A DNA stretch of 64,000 nt from Clostridia bacterium (GTDB lineage Bacteria > Bacillota > Clostridia > Oscillospirales > CAG-272), in NCBI GenBank assembly GCA_017455975.1, contig JAFTLK010000065.1, positions 336-64,335 of the forward strand, given 5' to 3'. Positions 1 to 9,555 of the stretch are shown here, in pieces; position 1 is the stretch's first letter; each line of letters starts with the position of its first letter. Made by a program: the position numbers and the translations under genes. The notes under the pieces were generated by a model. That model ran no database searches, was not told where the DNA came from, and saw only the letters and a list, made by a program, of their open reading frames with translations.

Positions 1-22
1 TTAACATTCCGATACCCTCCCG

Positions 23-907
23 TTACTGCTTCGGCTTTCTTGCACCCTTGGGTGCATGGGAGAAGCGTTCGTTGAAGTGAATACCGGCTCGACCTGCGCG
101 GTGAGACGGTGAGTGGGACTTGCGCTTGATATCAGCCAGAGCTGCGGCACGTTCGTCACGCGCGGCATTTTTGAAGCGTTCCTTGCCGTCGGGCATCAGA
201 TGCGTCAGTTCTTCCGGCGTCAGATAGCGCCACTTGCCGAGCCGCAGATTGCCCAGCGGAATGTCGCCGATGGCAATGCGCTTCAGACGGATGATCTTCA
301 GTCCGACCTGCTCACACATCTTGCGGATCTGACGGTTGCGTCCTTCATAGAGCTCCATCTGCAAGGTCACATGGGTATCGTCCTTTTCCAGAATCGTCAC
401 ATTGACCGGACGGATCGGTGTACCGTCGATCTCCAGCGGAGAGGACAGCTGTTCCATCTGCGCATCGGTCGGAATGCCCTCAATGCGGACATTGTAATAC
501 TTGGGCACTTCATGCGACGGATGCATCATGTAGTTGGCAAATTCGCCGTCGTTGGTCAGAATCAGCATACCCTCGGAAACCTTGTCAAGCCGTCCGACCG
601 GATAGACGCGGCATCCGACATCCGAAACCAGCTCCTTGACGCATTTCCGTCCTAGATCGTCATCCATCGTCGTGACATAGCCTCTGGGCTTGTTGAGCAC
701 GATATAGGTCTTCTTTTCTACATTGTCGGGCAGATAGACACGGCGGCCGGCATAACGCACCTCATCATGCTCCGGGTCGATCTTCTGCCCAAGCTCAGCA
801 GGCTCACCGTTGACAGTGATCGTGCCGGCTTCAATTTCCTTTTCCGCTGCGCGGCGTGACATCACACCTGCATCGGACATATATTTCTGCAGTCTGATTT
901 TTTCCAT
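23..907 (-). CDS. rluB: Pseudouridine synthase, RsuA/RluB family (S4 domain + catalytic domain)
   Basis: 294-aa ORF. N-terminal S4-like segment RLQKYMSDAGVMSRRAAEKEI and catalytic VGRLDKVSEGMLILTNDG motif. ATG (cat) at 905-907. Basic C-terminal tail. Confidence 0.85.
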   Translation of the reverse strand: MEKIRLQKYMSDAGVMSRRAAEKEIEAGTITVNGEPAELGQKIDPEHDEVRYAGRRVYLPDNVEKKTYIVLNKPRGYVTTMDDDLGRKCVKELVSDVGCRVYPVGRLDKVSEGMLILTNDGEFANYMMHPSHEVPKYYNVRIEGIPTDAQMEQLSSPLEIDGTPIRPVNVTILEKDDTHVTLQMELYEGRNRQIRKMCEQVGLKIIRLKRIAIGDIPLGNLRLGKWRYLTPEELTHLMPDGKERFKNAARDERAAALADIKRKSHSPSHRAGRAGIHFNERFSHAPKGARKPKQ

Positions 908-922
908 GTTGTTTTCTGTTCC

Positions 923-2149
923 TTATTCATTTTTACCGGAGAAAATGCGCGAAAACCATCGCGCGATCCTCTCCAGGATCGTTGGCGTTTCATAACACGG
1001 CACCGTCTCGCATGCATACAGCGGCACCTCACACAATATCTCATCGCCGCAGGTATATACAGCCGCTCCGATCTGTGTCCCTGCCTGTACCGGTGCATAC
1101 AGAAAATGCGGCAGACGCAGTTCCATGTCGATCGGTGCATGACCGCGCGAAAGGATGACCGTTTTCTGTCCGCTGTTTTTCACGGATACGGTCTGCGTTA
1201 TTCCATCCTCCGGACATGTACCGTCCGGCAGTGCGCCGCCGACCACAGGCAGAGATGCGGTCAGTGCACCGTCTTCTGTCAGCGTCACACATTCCACCTG
1301 AGCAAAGCCCCAATCGTACAGTGCACGGTGATCCGCCCAATCGTCGGGCGCATTCAGCGTTACGCAGTACAGCCGCACCCCATCCCGCTCGCATGCGGAT
1401 ACAAGACATCGTCCGGACGTTTTGGTGAAGCCCGTCTTGATGCCGATGCACCCATCGAGCGTTTTCAGAAGCTTGTTATGATTAATGAGCAGCCGTACAC
1501 CTTCCCCGCCCTTGAGCGGGATCTCTTTTTTGTAGGTTGCCGCTGTTTCTGCAAAGACATCGTATTCCATCGCCGCACGGGCGATTGCGGCAAGCTCACG
1601 CGCGGTGGTATAATGCTGTGCATCGTCAAGCCCGTGCGGATTGACAAAATGCGTGCCGCACAGCCCCATGGCCGCCGCCTGTGCATTCATGCGATCGGCA
1701 AAGGCTTCCGTCGAGCCGGCATACGCAATGGCCAGCGCCGTTGCTGCATCGTTGGCACTTTCCATCAGCACCGCATCAAAGAGCTGCCGCGCGGTCAGCT
1801 GCTCACCCTCATACAGGTAAACAGAGGAACCCTCCACGCCGACCGCTTCTGCTGGGATCGTCACAGGCGCATCCAGATCCATTCCGCCGGCAAGCACCGT
1901 CAGTGCGGTCATGATCTTGGTCGTGCTGGCCATCGGAAGACGGCTGTCAGCATTGTGCGCCCAAAGCACCGAGCCGTCAGCATCGGTCAGAATGACAGCC
2001 TTTGCCGAGACCGTGGGCGGCTCATCATGCACTTCTGCAGCCGTCATGACATCCCGATCCTGCGGCATGTCCGGCCCGGAACCGTGCACGGACACACACA
2101 GCATACATCCACACAGAATTACAGCGAACATCCTTGCAATACATTTCAT
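923..2149 (-). CDS. Serine-type D-Ala-D-Ala carboxypeptidase (peptidase S11, PBP5/DacB-like)
   Basis: 408 aa with a signal-like N-terminus. All three PBP motifs are present: SxxK (ASTTKIMTA), SxN (MESANDAA), KTG (IKTGFT). Lies 16 nt upstream of rluB. Confidence 0.85.
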   Translation of the reverse strand: MKCIARMFAVILCGCMLCVSVHGSGPDMPQDRDVMTAAEVHDEPPTVSAKAVILTDADGSVLWAHNADSRLPMASTTKIMTALTVLAGGMDLDAPVTIPAEAVGVEGSSVYLYEGEQLTARQLFDAVLMESANDAATALAIAYAGSTEAFADRMNAQAAAMGLCGTHFVNPHGLDDAQHYTTARELAAIARAAMEYDVFAETAATYKKEIPLKGGEGVRLLINHNKLLKTLDGCIGIKTGFTKTSGRCLVSACERDGVRLYCVTLNAPDDWADHRALYDWGFAQVECVTLTEDGALTASLPVVGGALPDGTCPEDGITQTVSVKNSGQKTVILSRGHAPIDMELRLPHFLYAPVQAGTQIGAAVYTCGDEILCEVPLYACETVPCYETPTILERIARWFSRIFSGKNE

Positions 2150-2218
2150 ACGGCATCCATCCTTTTACATATCATGATCGCTTCATGATATGCCAACGGT
2201 AGAGCCGTTATGCGATTT

Positions 2219-2731
2219 TTACAGGGAAGTATCGAGGAATTCGTGTTCTTCCTCTTCCTCAGATGCATCTTTCGCTTCTTCGGTCTGCTCCTCGGATACG
2301 GCAGGAGCTTCATCAGCTGCGCTCTCGTCCTTCTTCTTCTTTTTGGGAATCATTGCCTTGATCTTTTCGATGATCTCCGGCGCACGTTCAACCAGTGAAG
2401 AAACATTATAGCCAAGATCTGCCGGCTTGGATGTCGGATTGGAGACATTCATCATTTCGACGGAACCGTCTGCATGAACAACAAGGAATGCAACAGGAAC
2501 GACGGAAACGCCGGAGCCGCCTCCACCTCCGAAGTTGTTGTTGCCTGCGGTCTTTTTGCTCTCGTAATCGACACCGCCGGATGCGATGCCCATGGAGACC
2601 TTGGAAACGGGAATGATGGTCGTGCCGGAATTGGTTTCGATTGGTGTACCGATGATCGTATTGGCATCCACGACTGTGCGGATGTCCTCCAGTGCATTTG
2701 CGATAATGCCGGAAACTTTGGTTTCTGCCAT
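2219..2731 (-). CDS. ytfJ: Sporulation protein YtfJ (GerW family) with Lys-run/acidic C-terminal tail
   Basis: 170 aa. The segments IIGTPIETNSGTTIIPVSKVSMG and FGGGGGSGVSVVPVAFLVV are typical of GerW/YtfJ. ATG at 2731 with GAGGA upstream. Confidence 0.8.
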   Translation of the reverse strand: MAETKVSGIIANALEDIRTVVDANTIIGTPIETNSGTTIIPVSKVSMGIASGGVDYESKKTAGNNNFGGGGGSGVSVVPVAFLVVHADGSVEMMNVSNPTSKPADLGYNVSSLVERAPEIIEKIKAMIPKKKKKDESAADEAPAVSEEQTEEAKDASEEEEEHEFLDTSL

Positions 2732-2795
2732 GATGGGATCCTCACTTTCTGTTCTGTATATGTGACTTATTTCGTGCTATATCTGAAATTGGATC

Positions 2796-3599
2796 TTACT
2801 TTTCTTTCAGCTCGCGAATAACGGCGGCACGCGCTTCCGCTTCATGACGGCGGCGTGCTTCGCGCTCCTCAGCGGACTCATGCTTCCGTGCCTCGGCTTC
2901 CACACCGAGTGCCGCACCGCCTCCGGCGATGAGCAATGCGCAGACCTGCCAGAGTGCGATGGAAAAAATGATCTTTCCGCGCACCGACGGCTTCTCGGCA
3001 AGAAAATCCGCGTAAATGGCGATTCTGTTCTTTTTGATGCGGTGAAACATCGCCGTACCCGACAGCAGGTTCCAGAAATTTTCCATTGCCGCCCAGATCC
3101 AGCCGTATAAGATCGCCGTTTGTGCGGGATCCTTCGATGCCGCCGTGATGTCGAGATATGCAACATCAACACGCAGATATCGGCCGAATCTGCCAAGCAA
3201 TGCCTTTGTCAGGGCAAGCACCAGCTTGATGATATGCTTCACGCCGCGTTTTTTCGGTGTATAACCGGTCTTAGCGGCACGCGCCTTTGCCCGGTCCTCC
3301 GCCCGCTGCTTTTTCCGCGCTTTTCGGGCGGCCTTTTTTTCTTTTGCAAGGGCTGCCGCCGCAGCTTTTTTCTGCTTTTTGGCATACAGCTTTTCCAGCG
3401 CATCGCGCCGGAATTTCCGTATATCCGGAAGCCGCTTCTTCTGCGGCAGAATGCGGATGGGAATGCCGAGCACCTGTACCGTCAGCGCAAAGTCGATTTT
3501 CCCGGATGTCGAGATCTTACAAATGATCCGGATCGGAATGACAAACAGAAGAACCAGCAGCAAAAGCAGACATAACAGCACAACCGTGATCAGCTTCAT
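2796..3599 (-). CDS. DUF2953-like membrane protein (YtfI-like) with Lys/Ala-rich insert
   Basis: 267 aa with an N-terminal TM helix. Sits directly upstream of ytfJ, as ytfI does in Bacillus. GGAGG RBS before the ATG at 3599. The family call is from memory of the N-terminal pattern. Confidence 0.5.
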   Translation of the reverse strand: MKLITVVLLCLLLLLVLLFVIPIRIICKISTSGKIDFALTVQVLGIPIRILPQKKRLPDIRKFRRDALEKLYAKKQKKAAAAALAKEKKAARKARKKQRAEDRAKARAAKTGYTPKKRGVKHIIKLVLALTKALLGRFGRYLRVDVAYLDITAASKDPAQTAILYGWIWAAMENFWNLLSGTAMFHRIKKNRIAIYADFLAEKPSVRGKIIFSIALWQVCALLIAGGGAALGVEAEARKHESAEEREARRRHEAEARAAVIRELKEK

Positions 3600-3658
3600 T
3601 CCGCTCGCCTCCTGTCCTTGGTATCATTCTCTGATCGGTTCTTTGCCGTATATACGGA

Positions 3659-4303
3659 TTATGTCCCGTCCTCTGCATGCAGCTGTGCAACGGCATCGGG
3701 ATTCACACCGTCCCCCGTACTCTCACCGCGGGCCAGGAACTGCTCTGCCGGCGGCAGCTGACCGAGATGCTCCAGCCCGAATACGCGCAGGAATGCATCG
3801 GTCGTTCCGTACAGCGTCGGGCGTCCGGGCACATCCAGACGGCCGCGGGATGCAATCAATCCCTTTTCCACAAGTGAGGACACGACATATCCTGTGTCCA
3901 CACCGCGCACCTCATCGATGTACGAACGGGTAACAGGCTGGTTATATGCGATGATCGCCAGCGTTTCCAGCGATGCATGTGACAGATTGCCGCCGCGCCG
4001 GACATTCAGCGCACGGCGGATATAAGGAAGATACCGCTCACGCGTGACAAGCTGACAGCCAGCACCGACACGAATCAGCTGAATGCCGCGACCCTCATAG
4101 GACGCGGTAAGCTCATCGGCGCAGGCCTGCGCCTCCGCCTCGGTAATGCCGAGCACCTCTGCCAGCTTTGCAAACGGCATCGGATGCCCTGCTGCAAACA
4201 GAATTGCTTCAAATGCCTCACGGATACCGGCCGCATCAAGTTCTTCGGAGACCTCTCCGACCGGAACCGAAACGGTGCTCTCCGTTGTCTGTAATTCACT
4301 CAT
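3659..4303 (-). CDS. scpB: Segregation and condensation protein B
   Basis: 214 aa. Contains LETLAIIAYNQPVTRSYIDEVRGVD and GRLDVPGRPTLYGTT motifs. ATGA overlap with the scpA stop. Confidence 0.9.
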   Translation of the reverse strand: MSELQTTESTVSVPVGEVSEELDAAGIREAFEAILFAAGHPMPFAKLAEVLGITEAEAQACADELTASYEGRGIQLIRVGAGCQLVTRERYLPYIRRALNVRRGGNLSHASLETLAIIAYNQPVTRSYIDEVRGVDTGYVVSSLVEKGLIASRGRLDVPGRPTLYGTTDAFLRVFGLEHLGQLPPAEQFLARGESTGDGVNPDAVAQLHAEDGT

Positions 4304-5172
4304 CCTCTGTCTTGCTCCTTTTGTGTTTCAGTTGGTTCATCGGAATTCTGCAATGCTCCGTCTTCATCGTACAGACCCGCATAATCCTCGGGAATCGCCT
4401 GCTCAGGATTGATGGAACAGAAAAATTCATAACGGTAATCCTCGACGTTATCCCAGAGTGCCGCATCGTCCTCCGGCGTCTGTACTGCCAGCCGCTTTTC
4501 AAGCAGGACATATCCGTCCTTGACCAGCGACAAAACGGCCATGAACAGCGCGACGATCTCACTTTTGGATGTCACGCGGTCAAACAGATCAAGAAACGGC
4601 GTGGTACCGGACATCGTCAGCCGATGCGCGACCTCGCGGATCTTATCGGAAACCGGAACAATGGTCTTTTTGATGAGCGGATTGATGCCGGTCATCGGCG
4701 GGGGGGCTTCGGTATCCTTTTTGGAAAACAGGCGCGCCAGTGCCTTCTGCAGAAGCAGGATGTCATGCTGTGCAATATCGCCGGAATCCGCGGGCACCTC
4801 ATCCTCATCCTTGGTATAGCGTGCGGAATAATAGGAATACTGCCCCTCCAGATACGCTGCCGCTTCCTTTGCCTGCCGATATGCTAGCAGCGCCGCTGCC
4901 AGACGCGCACGCGGATCCTCCGCATCGGGGTCTTCGGGCTTCGGCAGCAGCATGCGGCTTTTGATGAGCATCAGCTCGCTTGCCATAACGATAAATTCGC
5001 CGGCGATCTCCATATCCATCTGCTTCATCCGGTCGAGATACGCCATATACTGCTCAAATATGACCGTGATGCGAATATCGGCAATTTCCATCTTGTTCTT
5101 TGCGATCAGCGTCAGCAAAAGGTCAAGCGGCCCCTCAAAGGTATCAATTTTATATGTCAGCGCATCACTCAT
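4300..5172 (-). CDS. scpA: Segregation and condensation protein A
   Basis: The track ORF runs to 5292. The conserved N-terminus MSDALTYKIDTFEGPLDLLLTLI starts at the ATG at 5172, which removes the overlap with the upstream gene. Confidence 0.85.
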   Translation of the reverse strand: MSDALTYKIDTFEGPLDLLLTLIAKNKMEIADIRITVIFEQYMAYLDRMKQMDMEIAGEFIVMASELMLIKSRMLLPKPEDPDAEDPRARLAAALLAYRQAKEAAAYLEGQYSYYSARYTKDEDEVPADSGDIAQHDILLLQKALARLFSKKDTEAPPPMTGINPLIKKTIVPVSDKIREVAHRLTMSGTTPFLDLFDRVTSKSEIVALFMAVLSLVKDGYVLLEKRLAVQTPEDDAALWDNVEDYRYEFFCSINPEQAIPEDYAGLYDEDGALQNSDEPTETQKEQDRG

Positions 5173-5198
5173 GCGTGTGTCCATCCTTGTTGTAATAA

Positions 5199-5915
5199 TC
5201 AGAAAATCGGGATCAGTCCGACCAGCCACTCCATGCCCTGCATGACAAACGAAACGCAGGCACGCAGCGGGGTATCGAGAAATCCCATCCACAGCCCAAG
5301 CATCAGAACGAGCTGAATGATGTGCTCATACCGCATAACCTTGAAATACAGGTCTGCCGGCAGAAATGACAGGAATATCCGGGAACCGTCCAGCGGCGGA
5401 ACCGGAAGCAGATTGAAGACGCCCAATGATACATTGAGCATGTAGAACAGGTAGAAAAAGAGATGCGTGTAGGTGATCAGATTCATCACAAATCCGGAAT
5501 CGGTGTTGGCATACAGCACACCGTCGATCTCAAACAGCATGCCTGTGCGCGTCATGATAAACCAGAACAGGTTCGCGCAGAACAGCCCCAGAAAACCGAG
5601 GAGCAGATTTGCGGCAGGACCTGCCGCAGCGGAGATCGCCATATCCCGCTTCGGGTTCTTGAAATACCGGGTATTGATCGGCACAGGCCGCGCCCAGCCG
5701 AAGCCGAACACCAGCATCATCAGCGTACCAAGCGGATCGAGATGCTTTATGGGATTGAGCGTCAGCCGCCCGAAATTGCGTGCGGTCGGATCGCCGAGCC
5801 TGTATGCGGCATATCCGTGTGCTGCTTCATGCATCGACAGTGCCAGTAATATGACGGGGATCCGGAGCAGAAACATCGGAATGTCTGAAAACAGGTCTTT
5901 GAGTACAGATACCAT
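5199..5915 (-). CDS. Site-2 protease family zinc metalloprotease (peptidase M50)
   Basis: 238 aa, polytopic. HEAAH zinc motif (SMHEAAHGYAA) and NLLPVPPLDG motif. Confidence 0.75.
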   Translation of the reverse strand: MVSVLKDLFSDIPMFLLRIPVILLALSMHEAAHGYAAYRLGDPTARNFGRLTLNPIKHLDPLGTLMMLVFGFGWARPVPINTRYFKNPKRDMAISAAAGPAANLLLGFLGLFCANLFWFIMTRTGMLFEIDGVLYANTDSGFVMNLITYTHLFFYLFYMLNVSLGVFNLLPVPPLDGSRIFLSFLPADLYFKVMRYEHIIQLVLMLGLWMGFLDTPLRACVSFVMQGMEWLVGLIPIF

Positions 5916-5921
5916 AATACT

Positions 5922-6518
5922 TTACGCTTCCAGCGCCTTACGTTCAATAATGGAAAGGATTTCATCGCGTCCGTCACCCTTCAGCGCGGAAAACGCGATA
6001 ACATGTGTGCCGTCGAGAATCATCTGATCCTTTGACAAGCGTTCAAGATTTTTCTTTCTGTCGGTGACATTCAGCTTGTCGGCCTTGGTCGCCGCGATGA
6101 TGTAGGGGGTTCTTGTTTCGTAAAGCCACGACAGCATCTGGTCATCATCCTTGGTCGGACCGACCTTCAGATCGATGAGCTGCACAACGAGCCGCAGATT
6201 AGGGTTGTTGTCAAAATAAGCCCCCATCAGCGTGCTCCATTTTTCCCGCTCGGAATCCGGACGTTTTGCAAAGCCGTAGCCCGGGAGGTCAACCAGATAA
6301 TACTGCCGGTCGATGTTATAGAAATTCGCGGTGATGGTCTTGCCGGGCGAGCCGGACACGCGCGCCAGACTTTTGCGTCCGAGCAGCGCATTGATCAAGG
6401 AGCTTTTTCCGACGTTGGAACGCCCGGAAAAAGCAATCTGCGGCAGATGATCATCGGGAAACTGTTCCGGGAAGCCGGCACTCATCACCAGATTGACATT
6501 CTGATAATTGATGGACAT
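5922..6518 (-). CDS. engB: Ribosome biogenesis GTPase YsxC/EngB
   Basis: 198 aa. G1 motif GRSNVGKSSLIN and DLPGYG. Shows the lon-ysxC synteny typical of Firmicutes. Confidence 0.9.
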   Translation of the reverse strand: MSINYQNVNLVMSAGFPEQFPDDHLPQIAFSGRSNVGKSSLINALLGRKSLARVSGSPGKTITANFYNIDRQYYLVDLPGYGFAKRPDSEREKWSTLMGAYFDNNPNLRLVVQLIDLKVGPTKDDDQMLSWLYETRTPYIIAATKADKLNVTDRKKNLERLSKDQMILDGTHVIAFSALKGDGRDEILSIIERKALEA

Positions 6519-6546
6519 AACGTGTCCCTCCCTTATATGTTGACGG

Positions 6547-9045
6547 TCAGTCGTTTTCGTTCTTCATCAGATAGGAAGCCGCCCCAACTGCGGTGTTCTC
6601 CGTCGGAATCAGCATCAGCGGCTCCGGAACCACCGTATTCTGCGGAATCTCGGCCGGCTTTTCCTCGGTCAGCGCAACGGCGAGTACCTCATCGACATGC
6701 GCACACGGATAGAAGGTGACATTCTCCTTGACGACCGGCGCGACCTCATCAAGATCCGGGATATTTTCAGCGGGAATGCAGATCACGCGGATGCCCGTCT
6801 TGTATGCCGCCATGGTCTTTTCGCGCAAGCCTCCGATGGCCATCACACGGCCGCGCAGAGAGATCTCACCGGTCATTGCGACATCGCGGCGCACCGCACG
6901 TCCGGAAAGCTCGGAAACAAGTGCTGTGACCATGGTGACACCGGCAGACGGACCGTCCTTCGGTACTGCGCCCTCCGGCACATGAATGTGGATATCGCGG
7001 TTCTTATAAAATTCGGGATCGATGCCGAAGCGGTCAACACGCGAACGGACGAACGAGATCGCCGCACGTGCAGACTCCTTCATGACGTCGCCGAGGGAAC
7101 CTGTCAGTTCAACATGACCGGTACCGGGAAGTGCGGAAACTTCGATCTTCAGTACATCGCCGCCGACCTCGGTATAGGCAAGACCGTTGACAACACCAAC
7201 CTCGTTCTGTGCGGCAAGCGTATCCGGCTTGACCTTCTGTTTCCCGAGATATTCGGTCAGATTGTCTCGCGTGACAGAGCAGGTCTTGACGCCCTCGTCC
7301 ATGATCTTCATGGCAGCCTTGCGGCACAGCGCGGCAATTTCGCGCTCCAGATGACGCACACCTGCCTCGCGCGTGTAGAAATCAATGATATCGTAGATCG
7401 CTTCATCGGTAATACGCAGCGTTCTGCGGTTGAGCCCGTGACGCTTGCACTGCTTTGCGATCAGATGGTGATCGGCAATGGAGAACTTCTCCTCGCGCGT
7501 ATAGGACGGAAGCTGAATGATCTCGATTCTGTCAAGCAGCGGCGCCGGAACGGTCTCCAGCGTATTTGCCGTTGCGATGAACATACAGTCGGACAGATCG
7601 ACGGGAATTTCCAGGAAATGGTCGCGGAACGCACGGTTCTGTTCCCCGTCCAGCACCTCCAGCAGTGCCGATGCGGGATCGCCGTGGGCATCGCGCGTCA
7701 GCTTGTCAAGCTCATCGAGCAGAATCAGCGGATTGTTGACGCCTGCCTCGGACATCGCGTGGACAATACGGCCGGGCATTGCGCCGACATAGGTCTTTCT
7801 GTGACCGCGGATGTCAGCCTCATCGCGCACACCGCCAAGCGAAACGCGGACATACTTTCTGTGCAGTGCGCGCGCAATGGATGCGGCGATGGATGTCTTA
7901 CCGACACCGGGCGGGCCGACCAGACACAGAATCTGGTTGCGGACATCGGGGTTCATCTGACGGACAGCCAGATATTCGAGAATGCGGTTCTTGACCTTTT
8001 CCATGCCGTCGTGATCGGCATCGAGCACCTTGCGTGCCGCCTTGATATCGACACGGTCACGGGTTTTCTTAACCCACGGATATTCCAGTGCCAGATCGAG
8101 ATAGTTGCGCAGGACATTGCCTTCCGCCGCACCGAACGGGGTCTTGGACAGGCGCTTGAGCTCCTTCATGAGCTTTGCACGGACCTCGGCGGGTGCGCCC
8201 TCAGTCGCCGCACGGATCTTCTCGGCATACTCGTTGATCTCATCAACATCGTCGTCTTCGTAGAAGCCTTCCTCGTCACCGTCTTCATAGCCGATCGGTG
8301 TATCGCCGCGCAGCTCAGCCTGAATGACCTTCAGCTGCTCGCGCAGATAATAGTTGCGCTGGTTCTGTTCCATCTGCGCACGTACCTTTGCGTGGATGTC
8401 CTGCTCGGTACGGAGGATCTCCTCCTCGCTTTCGAGCAGTACATTGACAAGCTCCAACCGTTTGACGGGATTGGCTTCCTCGAGCACCGCCTGCTTGTCC
8501 GGATATTTGACCAGAATGTTGGATGCGATAAAGTCCGCAAGCAGTCCCGGCTCCTTGATGCCGCGGACGGTCATCAGAAGGTCCTTGGATGCCTTGGGCA
8601 GGTAATTGACCATTTTTTCGACAGCTTTGACCGTATTCATCAGAAGCGCCTCGGAATGAATGCCGCCGGAGGCATCGATGTTGAGAATGCGGACAAATCC
8701 CATTGCGGTGATGTGATCGGGGGAGATCATAAACGAGGTGACCTCCATACGCGAGGTGCCGTCCACCAGCATGCGTGCAGTTCCGTCCGGTGTTTTGATC
8801 AGCTGCTTGATACGGGAAACCGTGCCGATACGGAACAGATCATTTTCCCCGGGATCGTCGGGAAGCATTTCGCGCTGGGTGACAAACAGCAGCTCAGAAT
8901 TGTTCTGTGCCGCACGTTCGCAGACGCGGATCCATTTTTTATCCGTCACCTCGAAGGTGATCGGGATCATCGGAAAGACGACCACACCGCGCAGAGGTAC
9001 GCAGGGCATGGATTTCATTTCCAGTTTTTCGGTAGTGATTGCCAT
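6547..9045 (-). CDS. lon: ATP-dependent Lon protease
   Basis: 832 aa. Walker A GPPGVGKTS and catalytic PKDGPSAG serine motif. AAGGAG RBS before the ATG at 9045. Confidence 0.95.
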   Translation of the reverse strand: MAITTEKLEMKSMPCVPLRGVVVFPMIPITFEVTDKKWIRVCERAAQNNSELLFVTQREMLPDDPGENDLFRIGTVSRIKQLIKTPDGTARMLVDGTSRMEVTSFMISPDHITAMGFVRILNIDASGGIHSEALLMNTVKAVEKMVNYLPKASKDLLMTVRGIKEPGLLADFIASNILVKYPDKQAVLEEANPVKRLELVNVLLESEEEILRTEQDIHAKVRAQMEQNQRNYYLREQLKVIQAELRGDTPIGYEDGDEEGFYEDDDVDEINEYAEKIRAATEGAPAEVRAKLMKELKRLSKTPFGAAEGNVLRNYLDLALEYPWVKKTRDRVDIKAARKVLDADHDGMEKVKNRILEYLAVRQMNPDVRNQILCLVGPPGVGKTSIAASIARALHRKYVRVSLGGVRDEADIRGHRKTYVGAMPGRIVHAMSEAGVNNPLILLDELDKLTRDAHGDPASALLEVLDGEQNRAFRDHFLEIPVDLSDCMFIATANTLETVPAPLLDRIEIIQLPSYTREEKFSIADHHLIAKQCKRHGLNRRTLRITDEAIYDIIDFYTREAGVRHLEREIAALCRKAAMKIMDEGVKTCSVTRDNLTEYLGKQKVKPDTLAAQNEVGVVNGLAYTEVGGDVLKIEVSALPGTGHVELTGSLGDVMKESARAAISFVRSRVDRFGIDPEFYKNRDIHIHVPEGAVPKDGPSAGVTMVTALVSELSGRAVRRDVAMTGEISLRGRVMAIGGLREKTMAAYKTGIRVICIPAENIPDLDEVAPVVKENVTFYPCAHVDEVLAVALTEEKPAEIPQNTVVPEPLMLIPTENTAVGAASYLMKNEND

Positions 9046-9363
9046 GTAAGACTCCTTATCTTATGTAAAACCGTAAATACGGGTGGTTTTGGGATCGGGG
9101 TGTTTTTCCGGGGCATAGTACTCCAGAATACATCTTCAATATTATAGCATATTTTTTTGATTTCCGCTATAGATGGCGGAAAAATTCACAGATTCTTTAC
9201 TGATTTTTTTCACACACCTCAAAAATAAAAAAAACAACAGATGCCGATCGGACTGCGGGCTGATATCATAAGCTTGATATTTCCGTGCGATACAGACTTC
9301 TGTTGGTTTCTTTCGGATGCACCGATATTTGTTTGGGGATGAGCGTTTCTCACGCGCCCTAAT

Positions 9364-9391
9364 ATTATACACGGAAATCGCCGATTTGTAA
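9364..9391 (-). promoter_or_regulatory. Sigma-A-type promoter about 310 nt upstream of lon
   Basis: Minus strand reads TTACAA - 16 nt - TATAAT. Lies in the AT-rich 510-bp gap. Confidence 0.35.
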
Positions 9392-9477
9392 ATATGTATT
9401 TTCAACAATTTTTCGGCGATTTTTTTGGTAAATCTTACGGATTGACAGGATATGACGGAATTGACCGACGTTTTGTC

Positions 9478-9506
9478 TTGACATATCCGATGATTTATAG
9501 TATACT
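9478..9506 (+). promoter_or_regulatory. Sigma-A-type promoter of the LRR gene
   Basis: TTGACA (9478-9483) - 17 nt - TATACT (9501-9506), about 50 nt before the ATG at 9556. Confidence 0.55.
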
Positions 9507-9555
9507 GTTAACAGCATTTTTAGTATAGTCAAAATGAAAGAAGGAATATCACTCC

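Noticed and set aside
4700-4706. G7 homopolymer tracts inside scpA (4700-4706) and trmD (39234-39240) as possible phase-variation sites.
   Set aside because: They are short tracts within intact core housekeeping genes, where on/off switching is implausible. There is no evidence of a frameshift in either ORF.
6697-9147. 816-aa ORF antisense to lon. Similar gene-length antisense ORFs occur at 11905-13380, 19876-21876, 51781-53745, 59925-61745, 62307-63626, 1106-2188, 23220-24338 and 41347-42708.
   Set aside because: Each is exactly co-extensive with a well-supported gene on the other strand. Their translations are Arg/Gly/Cys/His-rich and low-complexity, with no RBS and no recognisable motifs. 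They are typical shadow ORFs of GC-rich coding sequence.
9142-9408. 88-aa ORF in the lon upstream region.
   Set aside because: It is AT-rich with an atypical Lys/Ile/Ser/Arg-rich translation, no RBS and no motif. It overlaps the predicted promoter elements.
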